This document shows positions 43,901-53,290 of a DNA stretch of 56,920 bases, in pieces (within the stretch, counting starts at the first letter, position 1; each line of letters starts with the position of its first letter). This DNA is from a virus (lineage: Duplodnaviria; Caudoviricetes). The notes under the pieces were generated by a model that ran no database searches, had not been told where the DNA came from, and saw only the letters and a list, made by a program, of their open reading frames with translations. Both the position numbers and the translations under genes were made by a program. The stretch is from positions 1-56,920 of the IMG/VR virus record IMGVR_UViG_3300045125_000053. One strand, given 5' to 3'.

Positions 43901-44169
43901 TTCTTCATACTCCTGCAAATACTGCGTTCCCATTTATCCTTTGTTAATGAATCATCGTATGATTGCCATTGAAGATTCTCAGGTGAGTCAGCGCCACCGG
44001 CACACAGCGGGTAAATATGATCAACAACATACCCAGGACAAGCGCCAGTTGTTTTGTGCGTTGATGGACAGGGGTGTGATTTTCGGAATGCATATTTTTG
44101 TTTTGGATTGCGTTGAGTTGCGCTAACGCTAAATGATGCGGCAAGGAGGATGCAGAGTAATAATCTCAT
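43897..44169 (-). CDS. HNH-fold protein with an N-terminal signal peptide
   Basis: MRLLLCILLAASFSVSA then CPGYVVDHIYPLCAGGADSPENLQWQ. Confidence 0.8.
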   Translation of the reverse strand: MRLLLCILLAASFSVSATQRNPKQKYAFRKSHPCPSTHKTTGACPGYVVDHIYPLCAGGADSPENLQWQSYDDSLTKDKWERSICRSMKK

Positions 44170-44332
44170 ATACTAGACTCACTAACGCAGTGTGTTTTGG
44201 ATTTTATCTGGTCAATGTGTTGGTCCATTTTTTCAGAATTTATCCCAATTACAAAACTAATTAGCCCGATGATTATTCCTGTCACAATGTCGGCTAAGTT
44301 TGACCGCATGATAAAATCCTCTAAAATGTATT

Positions 44333-44601
44333 TCATCGCCCAAACTCCCAACAAAATGAGGGGGAAAAACGAGTCACGTTGGGCTGACAAATCTCACGCG
44401 CATACACAACAATACACTGCTGCATATATCTATCACATTGCAATCGAGCATCCCACAAACGCCCATCTTCACCCTGCACGACTGGCAGCGTAACAAATCC
44501 ATCAGCATCAATAAATGGAGCAGGAGCAGCATAAACCGCATGAGTCAAAATAAAATAAATGCCAACCCAACACATTAAAACCACAATCCAAAACCCTCAT
44601 C
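44333..44601 (-). CDS. Hypothetical exported or membrane protein
   Basis: GGAGGAG RBS; hydrophobic N-terminus. Confidence 0.45.
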
Positions 44602-44636
44602 ACTCCTCCCTGATCACATTAGAATATACAAAACAA

Positions 44637-45098
44637 TCACTTAGCTTTACAAATTGCTTGATCAACAACCCGAAACTCATCACATTTCACAATTCTAATT
44701 TTATACTCTCTGAGCCATCGCCAATTTGAAACGTTACGCGGGTCGGCAATAGCATCAATCTCAATCGCCTGATAATCGCCCTCAGGAACCTTTCGAGTCA
44801 CGTCAACGTAAACAGTTGAGTAATTACGGATAGGCTCTGATTGAATAGACTCCAGTTCGGCATTATAAAAAACCGGACTATCGCCCCACAGAATCATTAG
44901 ATAGTTGCCCTTGCGATTAGGCAAGGTAATCAAATCACCCGGCTTAAATGTCTGCTCTGGTGTGTAGATGCCATCGAAACTGCTGGCCTCTGACTTGCTA
45001 ATCAACAGACCACCGACAAATGCCGATGCACATAACGCTGTAACATAAATAAATCGCGCAGTCAGATCGTATAGTTTTCGTCTAGCTTGCCAATTCAT
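44637..45098 (-). CDS. Hypothetical membrane-anchored protein
   Basis: N-terminal TM/signal segment. Confidence 0.6.
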   Translation of the reverse strand: MNWQARRKLYDLTARFIYVTALCASAFVGGLLISKSEASSFDGIYTPEQTFKPGDLITLPNRKGNYLMILWGDSPVFYNAELESIQSEPIRNYSTVYVDVTRKVPEGDYQAIEIDAIADPRNVSNWRWLREYKIRIVKCDEFRVVDQAICKAK

Positions 45099-45295
45099 GA
45101 TTTAATCCGTCCATGACAAATATCGAGTAAATTTCTGATTTCGGTATGACGTTGATTTCGTTTAGATAACAGCCACGCTATTTGTTCGCGCCTGTTTTTT
45201 TCGAGGGAGATAAAAGCGGCTTCAAGTTGGTCATCAATATCAGAGATTGATAAGTCGTCCCAACTTACTGAAATACTTGAATTTATTTCTAACAT
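45095..45295 (-). CDS. Hypothetical protein
   Basis: ORF with ATGA overlap. Confidence 0.45.
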   Translation of the reverse strand: MLEINSSISVSWDDLSISDIDDQLEAAFISLEKNRREQIAWLLSKRNQRHTEIRNLLDICHGRIKS

Positions 45296-45499
45296 AGTTT
45301 TTATGCGTCTTCCATTATCCGCAATTGTTGCGCCCTATTAAAGCACAAATATCGTTTTATTTCAATGTGTTGATTTTTTTTGATGGTTAACTCAGCGCGA
45401 AACAATTGAATTGCTCAAATCCGAGCAATCAAAAGTAAAACTACTTAAATTTGATATGTCGATTTATGAGATAATTTGACAACTTAAATCTTGCGAAAG

Positions 45500-45528
45500 T
45501 TGACATATTTTGGTTTTGGGGCTATGCT
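45500..45528 (+). promoter_or_regulatory. Sigma70 promoter of the c4-ant unit
   Basis: TTGACA, 17 bp, TATGCT. Confidence 0.75.
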
Positions 45529-45636
45529 CGTATTCAGTTGCAGTATTGCAACATGGGATTGGCGTTCCAAAAATACAACGGCATAATGCCGCGAAAAGCG
45601 GTTTTTTTATGTCTATCATTTAGCACTTCATTTTAT

Positions 45637-45707
45637 GTCGGGCTAAGTGGGCAGTCGCAAGGCTGGCCGGTCCGTTGTTCCGGTACGCCAACCCACTTAG
45701 TCCCGGC
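45637..45707 (+). ncRNA. C4-type antisense RNA (copy 1)
   Basis: Multi-stem RNA closed by GGGCTAAGTGGG/CCCACTTAGTCCC; unpaired CCGTTGT and ACGCCAA are complementary to ACAACGG and TTGGCGT found upstream (45559-45581) and downstream (45715-45752). Confidence 0.88.
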
Positions 45708-45760
45708 TCCATGATTGGCGTCATGTTGTTGGGTTCAAAATTTTTACAACGGTATCAATT

Positions 45761-46608
45761 ATGAACAATCAACTTATTCCCGTTTTTGCTGGCGAAATAT
45801 CCGGCGTTCAAGTCCAATTAGTAGACGGTCGTTTGCTGCATTCTTTTTTAGAGTCAGCTCAGCATTTCGCAAATTGGATTGCAAGTAGAATAGAAGACTA
45901 CGGTTTTATTGAGAACCAAGACTTTTTAATAAATTTATTAAAAACTAAAGGCAGGCCGTCTAAAGAATACAGTATCACAATCGACATGGCTAAAGAACTT
46001 GGCATGATCGAGAGAAATGAAAAAGGTCGCCAGATTCGCCGGTACTTTTTGGAAATGGAACGGATCGCCAAAAGCCAGTTGTCAAGCAATCCTGCACAAC
46101 TGCCAAAAACCCCACCAGAACGCAAAACCCGAAAAGCTTTACCCGGCTGTTTGACGTTAGAACACCAGGACAACATTAAGGCGCTGGTTAAAGGAATGTC
46201 GAACATTTGCCCACTGATAAACAGGCTGGGCAAATCATCAAACAATGGTCGGCTATTAAGAATAAATTCGGCTGCACTTACAAAGAAATTCCCGACGAGG
46301 AATATGTCAACGTGATATCGCTCATTGAACGATTACCTATTAAAGGTGAATTGTTGGCAGCGCCGGTTAAGAATCAAATGCAGGAAATCGCAACAACTAC
46401 CGAGTATGATTATAACCACGCTCGGCAGCATATTGAACAGATCAGACAAGCGGCTAATGTTGCGATGGACGATAGCTTATTAAATGAATTTGTTGATGAA
46501 CTTAATAAGCTTGAAAAGTGTATTGTTAAAGCCTGGACTGAAATGGATGAGGCAATATTTAGAATGCAGCACTCATTAACTTTTTTGAAGCGTTGGCGTA
46601 ATCGTTAA
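45761..46608 (+). CDS. AntA/AntB-family antirepressor, with an indel
   Basis: VDGRLLHSFLES..FANWIASRIEDYGFIENQDF..DMAKELGMIERNEKGRQIRRYF; later WSAIKNKFGCTYKEIP. Confidence 0.88.
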
Positions 46609-46614
46609 TCAAGA

Positions 46615-46641
46615 GAAAGCCCCTTAACCGGGGCTTTTTTT
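46615..46641. terminator. Terminator between convergent ant and dut
   Basis: AAAGCCCC-TTAACC-GGGGCTTTTTTT. Confidence 0.75.
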
Positions 46642-47142
46642 ATACCCCGTCGAACCAAAACCTCCCTCCCCCCGCGTAGTACCATCACTAAATTCATCAA
46701 CAACTTCAAACACTGGACTAAAAACAGGCATAAAAAGCATCTGGCAGATTTTGTCGCCCGGATTAATTGTGTATTTGTATTCGGAGCGATTCCAAACGCT
46801 AATCATGATTTCAGCCTGATAGCCTTCGTCGACTACACCCGTAAGGTTTCCAATGACAATTCCTTTTCTTGCGCCCAAACCTGAGCGAGGCACGATGATA
46901 CCAGCAACCTTCATGTGATGCAGTCCATGACTCCCAATCCAAGCCGCTAGACCTGTATTAACCATCAAAGATTCACCAGGAAACACAGCCAGCGGCTCAG
47001 TGATGCACGCCCGAATATCAAGTCCAGCATCGCCGGGATGAGCATATACAGGTCCGTTATCTCGATACTGTTGCAGATCGCCATTGTCGGCAAATACTGG
47101 ATTATTTTTTAAATTTTCTAATATTTTTAATTCTATTCTCAT
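46624..47142 (-). CDS. dut: dUTPase (trimeric)
   Basis: AGLDIRA, PRSGLG, GVVDEGYQAEI, GDKICQM, RGEGGFGSTG. Confidence 0.96.
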   Translation of the reverse strand: MRIELKILENLKNNPVFADNGDLQQYRDNGPVYAHPGDAGLDIRACITEPLAVFPGESLMVNTGLAAWIGSHGLHHMKVAGIIVPRSGLGARKGIVIGNLTGVVDEGYQAEIMISVWNRSEYKYTINPGDKICQMLFMPVFSPVFEVVDEFSDGTTRGEGGFGSTGYKKSPG

Positions 47143-47271
47143 CGTTTAAACCCTGTATAGTTGCTCGAAATTCGTTGCCATTCCTTCATGTTTACCTTAG
47201 CTTTGCCATGCACGCAAACTGGCCTAGAATCGCTCTCTAGGCGTTTGCCGCAATAGGGACAAATGTAGGTT

Positions 47272-47568
47272 TTAGTTTGAGTCGTCTGCATAGCGCAATT
47301 TCAAAAGCAGTTCGCATTCGTGAATAATTTTTCTAATGTCCTGCGCACCCTTGCCAGTGGCCTTGTTATGTCTGACGATACGTTTAACAACACAACCCTC
47401 CAGAAAACCAAGCTTGTTAGCCTCGATAAATTCAACTGGCTGAATAGCACACTCCCGGTAATGTGTTCCTCCAATCTCTTGATTTAATGGGTTTATATAC
47501 TCGCTATGCATAGAATCATGAATAGCAACTTGAATAGCATCGTCGTCATCGTAAGTGTTAATGAACAT
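47272..47568 (-). CDS. DUF3310/SaV-like protein
   Basis: QEIGGTHY..IQPVEFIEANKLGFLEGCVVK..DIRKIIH. Confidence 0.8.
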   Translation of the reverse strand: MFINTYDDDDAIQVAIHDSMHSEYINPLNQEIGGTHYRECAIQPVEFIEANKLGFLEGCVVKRIVRHNKATGKGAQDIRKIIHECELLLKLRYADDSN

Positions 47569-47602
47569 TTTTATCCTTTAAGAAAAGTTTTTTTATCAAG
47601 TA

Positions 47603-47704
47603 TTACCGGCAACTATCCACAATTGCCACAGCTACCAGTACAGCCATTAGTGCGGTTGCTAGTCTCATGGTGGCTAGTAGCCATAAAATTAAATCTTCAA
47701 GCAT
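47603..47704 (-). CDS. 33-aa single-TM peptide (not in ORF track)
   Basis: AAGGA RBS; MLEDLILWLLATMRLATALMAVLVAVAIVDSCR. Confidence 0.5.
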   Translation of the reverse strand: MLEDLILWLLATMRLATALMAVLVAVAIVDSCR

Positions 47705-47758
47705 GCTCAATCCTTATCGTTAAATTAGCATCCGTCCCTGGACGCTAAAAAGTCAATC

Positions 47759-48343
47759 TTAATTTGTTAATAACTTGATTAGCTCGTTAGAGCTTTTCAC
47801 GATGTAGCCGCGCTCTTTGGTCATGTAATTAATCCATTGGGATTCAGTCATGGCGAGGCAGTTGTACGGAATTGGTTTAACCATCGCGTGGTCATCGTCA
47901 ATGCTGACAAAATAGCGTTGATTAATTCCTGATGCGGAGTCGAATTTCATCGTCATGAATTTAACGCCCGATGGCAAAGCTAAATTAATGCAGTTAGGTG
48001 AAGGGACAGCATTCTGTAAAGCGTCATAAGCTCGGATAACTGCAATATGAAACTTAGCGGATAACCACATCGAATACGAATAAACCAATTCCTTGATTGC
48101 GTATGTGCCTTGCTGTTTTCCTCTACCTTGAATCTTTGATACTGCTTTGATACCCAGATTTTGGGTATCAAGTTCTTCAATAATTTCTATGGTCTGAGGT
48201 GATAATAAAAACTTACCCGGTTCTTTTGTCCGTTGATTGCAACCATAAGCAATTGCTGCTTTATGCAAATCATTCAAGCAATAACGGCCTTCTGAATCCT
48301 GACGGATAGCGGTATTTGATATGGTGAGTGCTATGGAGTTCAT
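47759..48343 (-). CDS. KilA-N domain protein
   Basis: IRQDSEGRYCLNDLHKAA..QGTYAIKELVYSYSMWLSAKFHIAVIRAYD. Confidence 0.9.
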   Translation of the reverse strand: MNSIALTISNTAIRQDSEGRYCLNDLHKAAIAYGCNQRTKEPGKFLLSPQTIEIIEELDTQNLGIKAVSKIQGRGKQQGTYAIKELVYSYSMWLSAKFHIAVIRAYDALQNAVPSPNCINLALPSGVKFMTMKFDSASGINQRYFVSIDDDHAMVKPIPYNCLAMTESQWINYMTKERGYIVKSSNELIKLLTN

Positions 48344-49125
48344 GCTAACTCTCCTTGCAATAAAACTAATCCATTTCTAGCACTGGAAAACGCCTTAACC
48401 ACTTTTCCAGTCAACGCAACTACACCTTTACCCGTTATTTTTAACTGTCTGCGTGGCTTTCCGTTAATTTCATCTATCACGATGGTGAAATAGTTTGCTC
48501 CACCGGATTCATATTTTGCATACGGAAGATATCCGCCACTATCTTTGAAAATATAACGGTTATCGACTAGCCACTTGAATACTTGTTGCTCACCAACAGT
48601 CAGATTATTTTCGTGCTTCATGGCTTTAACCCATACGCGCACACACCGAGTATTACTATCTTCGGTAACGATATTGGCAAAGTCCACTTTTGGGCGGTCA
48701 GCTTCTATTTTCGCTAACGCTTGTTCTTTCTCTGCTGCTAATTTTCCAGCTAACAGCAAAGCTTCTGATAATGTTTGGGGGATTTCAAAATGTGGGGCTA
48801 TGGCTTTTGACTCTAACTCATGCCAGCGTTTGACAATGGCAGCTCGGTATTTGACTTCATAGCCAGAAATTAGAATGTCAGTGTGATAACGGTCTAACAG
48901 GATTTCTTTTGTACGTTTTGTATGGTCGTCAATTATTGCTATAAGTCCTTGAATTATAGGATAAAGGATTTTTCCCTTATCAAATTGATGACCATGAAGT
49001 CCGGTGTAAAGCTGATTTCTAATATCATACAAAACATCGTTGTGAATTTTTTGTGTCAATTGAGCTATTTCAATTGATGACATGGTTTGCGCGTCATTAG
49101 GCGCTACTTGGGTAAGTATGTTCAT
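48340..49125 (-). CDS. Rha-like N-terminus plus ANT/KilAC antirepressor domain
   Basis: TMSSIEIAQLT..GYEVKYRAAIVKRWHELE..IPQTLSEALLLA..PKVDFA..KITGKG. Confidence 0.88.
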   Translation of the reverse strand: MNILTQVAPNDAQTMSSIEIAQLTQKIHNDVLYDIRNQLYTGLHGHQFDKGKILYPIIQGLIAIIDDHTKRTKEILLDRYHTDILISGYEVKYRAAIVKRWHELESKAIAPHFEIPQTLSEALLLAGKLAAEKEQALAKIEADRPKVDFANIVTEDSNTRCVRVWVKAMKHENNLTVGEQQVFKWLVDNRYIFKDSGGYLPYAKYESGGANYFTIVIDEINGKPRRQLKITGKGVVALTGKVVKAFSSARNGLVLLQGELA

Positions 49126-49178
49126 GGATTGCTCCAGTACGGATGTTTAAAACCACCGACCAAAACGACCAAGATTTG

Positions 49179-49251
49179 GGCGGCGAACGTATGCGGGTTG
49201 GTCGACCGGGTACTGGACCGGCAAGCTTCACAGCTTCCACATACGCCCACC
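49179..49251 (-). ncRNA. C4-type antisense RNA (copy 2)
   Basis: Minus strand GGTGGGCGTATGTGG..CCGGTCCAGTACCCGG-TCGACCAA-CCCGCATACGTTCGCC; targets GTACTGG and TTGGTCG upstream (49305-49326) and downstream (49134-49172). Confidence 0.85.
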
Positions 49252-49358
49252 ATAAATGAAGGGCATAAAAAAAGTCATGAACCTTGCGGCGCATAACTAT
49301 TGCGCCAGTACCATACGAGCGACCAAGCCCGCCTGCCCAATGTGGGGCAGTAAGCAAA

Positions 49359-49387
49359 AGCATAGTTTGTAATCATGGCCATGTCAA
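49359..49387 (-). promoter_or_regulatory. Sigma70 promoter of the second c4 unit
   Basis: Minus strand TTGACA, 17 bp, TATGCT. Confidence 0.75.
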
Positions 49388-49686
49388 TAATGCCTTAAGG
49401 GTAAAATAGAACGCTGCCATACCCTGTTACAGGAAACGTAACAGACGTCAATGGATGACGAGTGGCGTCAGCCCTTACGGCTGGCAAGATGTCAATGGAG
49501 TCGCCAAACATGGCTAATTCAACATCGAAGCTTAAACTTTTGATTAAGTTAGTGAGTGAGATAAACAAGCTGTTGTTGTTTCTCTTAACATTAATCCAAA
49601 CACTAGGATAAGCATGTGCCCGGTATGTAGTCTCATATCGGGTTTTCACTCTTGACTGATACAACAGCGTTCTAAAACTCATTTAT

Positions 49687-49980
49687 TCAACCCCTCTGAT
49701 GCTGAATACTGACCGGATTAGTCAAATCAAACCTAGTCCCACAGGTAGCACACTGTTCTTTTTTGAGGCTTGGAAACTTCAGTCTCGGCTGCATACAGCA
49801 TGATTCGTATTTGCTGACTGTTGGCGCTTGTTTGTATGGGTAGGGCTTGCCCATCTTCCAGTTGTAATCTAATCGGGCGCAACGAAGCTCCAGTTCTGTT
49901 ATGCGCTTGCGTAGATACTGAACGTCATCATAGTGACGCGGCTCTTCGGGTATTTCTGCAGTTAGGGTTGAGTCGTGCAT
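49687..49980 (-). CDS. Hypothetical protein with a Cys cluster
   Basis: SCC..CATCG; coupled to the upstream gene. Confidence 0.6.
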   Translation of the reverse strand: MHDSTLTAEIPEEPRHYDDVQYLRKRITELELRCARLDYNWKMGKPYPYKQAPTVSKYESCCMQPRLKFPSLKKEQCATCGTRFDLTNPVSIQHQRG

Positions 49981-50318
49981 TAATTAGCCTCGCTTGATAA
50001 ATATTTGTTGACCGCTTTCTTAGCCGCTTCATAGCCATAGCAAACTGATACCGGATAACCAGCCAGTTCAAGCCTTGGGATAATTTCTTTTTGTGATTTG
50101 GAAAGCTTGCCGTTAGGCTCTTTCATCTCAATAAATAGCCCTGGTTTTCCATCAGCCACGAATAAATCAGGTATTCCAGCAACAACGCCCTCATCCTTCA
50201 GTTTTTTTGCCGTGATGGAATCCCTAATGCCGCCATTGGGGATGGCAAACACCAGCACGTTTGGATGATAGGTTGACATCCATGAGATGAATAATTTTTG
50301 GTGGTTATGCTCGTTCAC
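49980..50318 (-). CDS. VRR-NUC endonuclease (resolvase-like)
   Basis: EHNHQ..FAIPNGG..LKDEGVVAGIPDLF..FIEMK..GKLSKSQ. Confidence 0.92.
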   Translation of the reverse strand: MNEHNHQKLFISWMSTYHPNVLVFAIPNGGIRDSITAKKLKDEGVVAGIPDLFVADGKPGLFIEMKEPNGKLSKSQKEIIPRLELAGYPVSVCYGYEAAKKAVNKYLSSEAN

Positions 50319-50962
50319 AGTTCACCATCAATCAAAATTACATTTATGTGCGACGCAGTAAAAATAGTTTTTAATAACTCAAAACTTGCGCCAATTCCTG
50401 TATAGCTGCCAATAATCAAGGTTGCGTCATATGTTCCAGCTAACTTCATTGCTTGTTTTATCTGTCTAAGAACGGCAGGGTAATCATCACCAAGAGTCGG
50501 TTTTAACTCTATCCAGTAACTGCTAATTAGTTCTTCTCTCGTATTAAAACCAAAAAATAAATTATCTTGTCTTTCCGTATAAATTCTTAAATCGAAACCT
50601 TTTATTTCGGCTTCTACATGTAAAACGATTGAATCAATAAATTCTTTATCATCAGGAATATCAAATTCAATAAGATCATGCTTTTCAAGATTAAATGCTC
50701 TGATACCTAACAACTTTAATATTGAGCGTTTATTTTTATTATCAAAAAAATACGCTTGCATTTTATTGTGTTCAGGCGTTTCCGATGGTTCAGAAAAATT
50801 ATTAATAATGATTGTGCTTAGTTGTGGATATTTTTCTGTAAACCATGTTTGCTGCATTAACCAGTCACAATATTTCTGATCAGACGCCATAGCTTCTACT
50901 GGCTGTCCAGAATATTTTCCAAAAGGGATTATTTGTTGATTTTTGATCATAGGATTAACCAT
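50315..50962 (-). CDS. Hypothetical protein with a PFGKY N-terminal motif and a possible PD-(D/E)XK C-terminus
   Basis: IPFGKYSGQPVE..YCDWL; FDL..WIELKPTLGDDYPAVLRQI. Confidence 0.6.
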   Translation of the reverse strand: MVNPMIKNQQIIPFGKYSGQPVEAMASDQKYCDWLMQQTWFTEKYPQLSTIIINNFSEPSETPEHNKMQAYFFDNKNKRSILKLLGIRAFNLEKHDLIEFDIPDDKEFIDSIVLHVEAEIKGFDLRIYTERQDNLFFGFNTREELISSYWIELKPTLGDDYPAVLRQIKQAMKLAGTYDATLIIGSYTGIGASFELLKTIFTASHINVILIDGEL

Positions 50963-50964
50963 CT

Positions 50965-51216
50965 AGTTGTGCCAGTTGTGCCACGATTGTGACAATCATA
51001 ACTTCTTGTTTTTAAATACTTGTCACTACTGTCACTACTGTCACTACTTATTATTAAAGTTTTAATATAAATAGTATTCATATAGGGTTATAAAATGCGT
51101 AAAATGACAGAAGGTTTAGAAAAACATGTTTTTAGTTGTGCCGACGTGACAACCCACGGCTGGCGTGGGTTTGCGGCTGTGCCAACGTGGTTGTGCATGT
51201 TGTGCATGTGTGACAT
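50965..51216. repeat. Putative replication origin: short repeats around an AT-rich core
   Basis: (TGTCACTAC)x3 at 51021-51047; multiple TTGTGCC/TTGTGCA/TGTGAC; AT-rich 51048-51095; directly downstream of the primase-helicase. Confidence 0.65.
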
Positions 51217-53290
51217 TTATCTGGCTTTTTCAAAGAATCTGATTCTGTGACCATCATTAACCCTAACTTGCTTAGGGTGATAGCCAAGTCTACGCATAAC
51301 TGCACCAATGCGCGTTTGATCTGCTCTGGTGTGTTTTTGTGTTTCTATCCTGAAGCAATCCCTTAATATGAACGATGTAGTTAACACTTTAGGATTGTCC
51401 GATATCGCTTTAACGATCTTAAAATCAGATAACCAAGCAATAATGTTGGTTTCCCATGAATCCGCGTCATATCGTTTGTCTTGTTCCGCTTCCGCACCTG
51501 GAATAATCCACCAGTTATCTACAGTCTTAAACAATTGGAGAGCTTCAGCCCATAATTGATCACGTATTTTGCTAATGGCATTAACATCTATTTGGCATTC
51601 AACACGCACTGGCAAGAAACGTCTTGCACCAGTTTCGTCATGATTCCAGTCATTTTTATTTGTGCCTCCAACAAATATATTTTGGCGAGGAATTTAATAG
51701 TATTCCTGCCGTAAGATGGTCGATAATGATCTTCTCGTTGAGTTAATACCTGCTTAACCCTTGTCCTGTCGGCTTTTCCAAATTGATCAAGTTCACCAAA
51801 GTCTGAACACCAAACGCCACGCAATGCCATGAAGAAATCCTTATCGTTAATAGAGTTGGTAACTTCTGCATACCATTCGCCAAACAAAACATTAAACAGG
51901 GTTGACTTACCAACACCTTGCTTGCCTTCAAGAATGGTCATAGTGTCAACCTTGCAGCCAGGATTCATCACCCTAGCAACTGAAGATATAAATAATGAGC
52001 GACTGGTTGCGCGGTGATAGTCATCATTTGGAGCATCACAAAATTTAGTAAAGAACGAGTCTATGCGTTTGATGCCGTCCCATTTCAACGAATACAAATA
52101 ATCTTTTAATAGGGTGGAATTCAGCCTCTTTTGATAATAAAGAGATAGCTTCATAAATATCGCTAGTTGGGACTTTTTCAGTGAAATATTCTTTTCTAAA
52201 AATGACTTTAATACGAATAATTGAGGCATCATCAATATCAATGCCGTTAAAAGAAGCGTTGCCTGACATGGCATTACCCCCTGATTCGACCAAGGAATTC
52301 AGGCGCATTTCTTAAAATAACAACAATGTTATGAACCCTAACTTGTATTTGTTCTGTGCCATTATCTTTATGCTTGATTATTAATTCAGATCGCCAATTT
52401 GATTTTTCAATTGAGAATGCACTACGAACAGCATCAAGCCCTTGCGCTACATGCAAATCATTAAAATCACCACCATTAGGCGCGACAACGACATCACCTT
52501 TCACTGAATTGGCCGCGTTATTCGCCGCTATTCTTCCTGGGTCGTCATCGTCAGCGGCAATGGTAATTCTTGCTTGTTGTGCTTTAACCCGAATAATCCT
52601 AGCAACTCGCTCCATATTCCCTGATGAGAACGTAACCACTACAGGTAAATTAGTTGCCTCTCGTATTGATTGGCAGGTAGCAATGCCCTCGCCTACAATG
52701 ATGTGTTCAGCATTGGCAATATCGCCAAGGATATGAAAACAGCTTGATGTTTGCGCTTCTGGAATAAACAGCTTTTTATAGCCATCAGGCACAACTTGCA
52801 GAGTTCGCAACTTCCCATCACGATCAAAAGCCGGTATCAATATTCCGGTTATTTGCCATTCTTTTGAGAATCCAAGCGCAGTAGAATTCAAATCTTTAAC
52901 GAATCTAACACCTTCAGGAATTCCAATACCTTTGCGGGTTAAATATTCTGAATTGCCATTAGTTGATGCAGCATCATAAATTCGCTTTGCTCTGCGAGCT
53001 GCATCATCAGCTATTTCGTACTGCCTCTTGTCTAGCGATTTGCTTTTGCTTTTCGATAGCGTCCCAATCTTCCTTAGTCAGTTTATATCCTGATCCATTC
53101 GACCAGCCAGACTGGAAATTATCCCGCCATGATCCAAATGCACCGTACTTCCCGTGAAGTACATACCAAGCATCTTTACTATGCCGCTTATGATCTGATG
53201 ATGGAAAGCGATGAATTTTACCGTCAGCAATACACCCTTCTTGGGTACTGAATATCCTATCTCTGCAATTGCCTGCTCTAGCGTACTCAT
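51217..53290 (-). CDS. Fused TOPRIM primase and VapE/VirE-family helicase, with indels
   Basis: YLTRKGI, GEGIATC, IAADDDDPG, GDFNDLH; WDGIKRI, PGCKVD, Walker A GKQGVGKST, RPSYGR, TGARRFLPV. Confidence 0.88.

Noticed and set aside
10538-44493. Many plus-strand ORFs opposite the structural genes (e.g. 19891-20505, 28890-29252, 34017-34358)
   Set aside because: Antisense shadows of Ala/Gly-rich minus-strand genes with no recognisable motifs.
45637-49251. tRNA genes at the two multi-stem RNAs
   Set aside because: No T-loop GTTCRA or D-loop consensus; matching flanking target sites point to C4-type RNAs.
49395-49682. ORF 49395-49682 as a defined gene
   Set aside because: No recognisable motif and the frame is uncertain given the indel rate.
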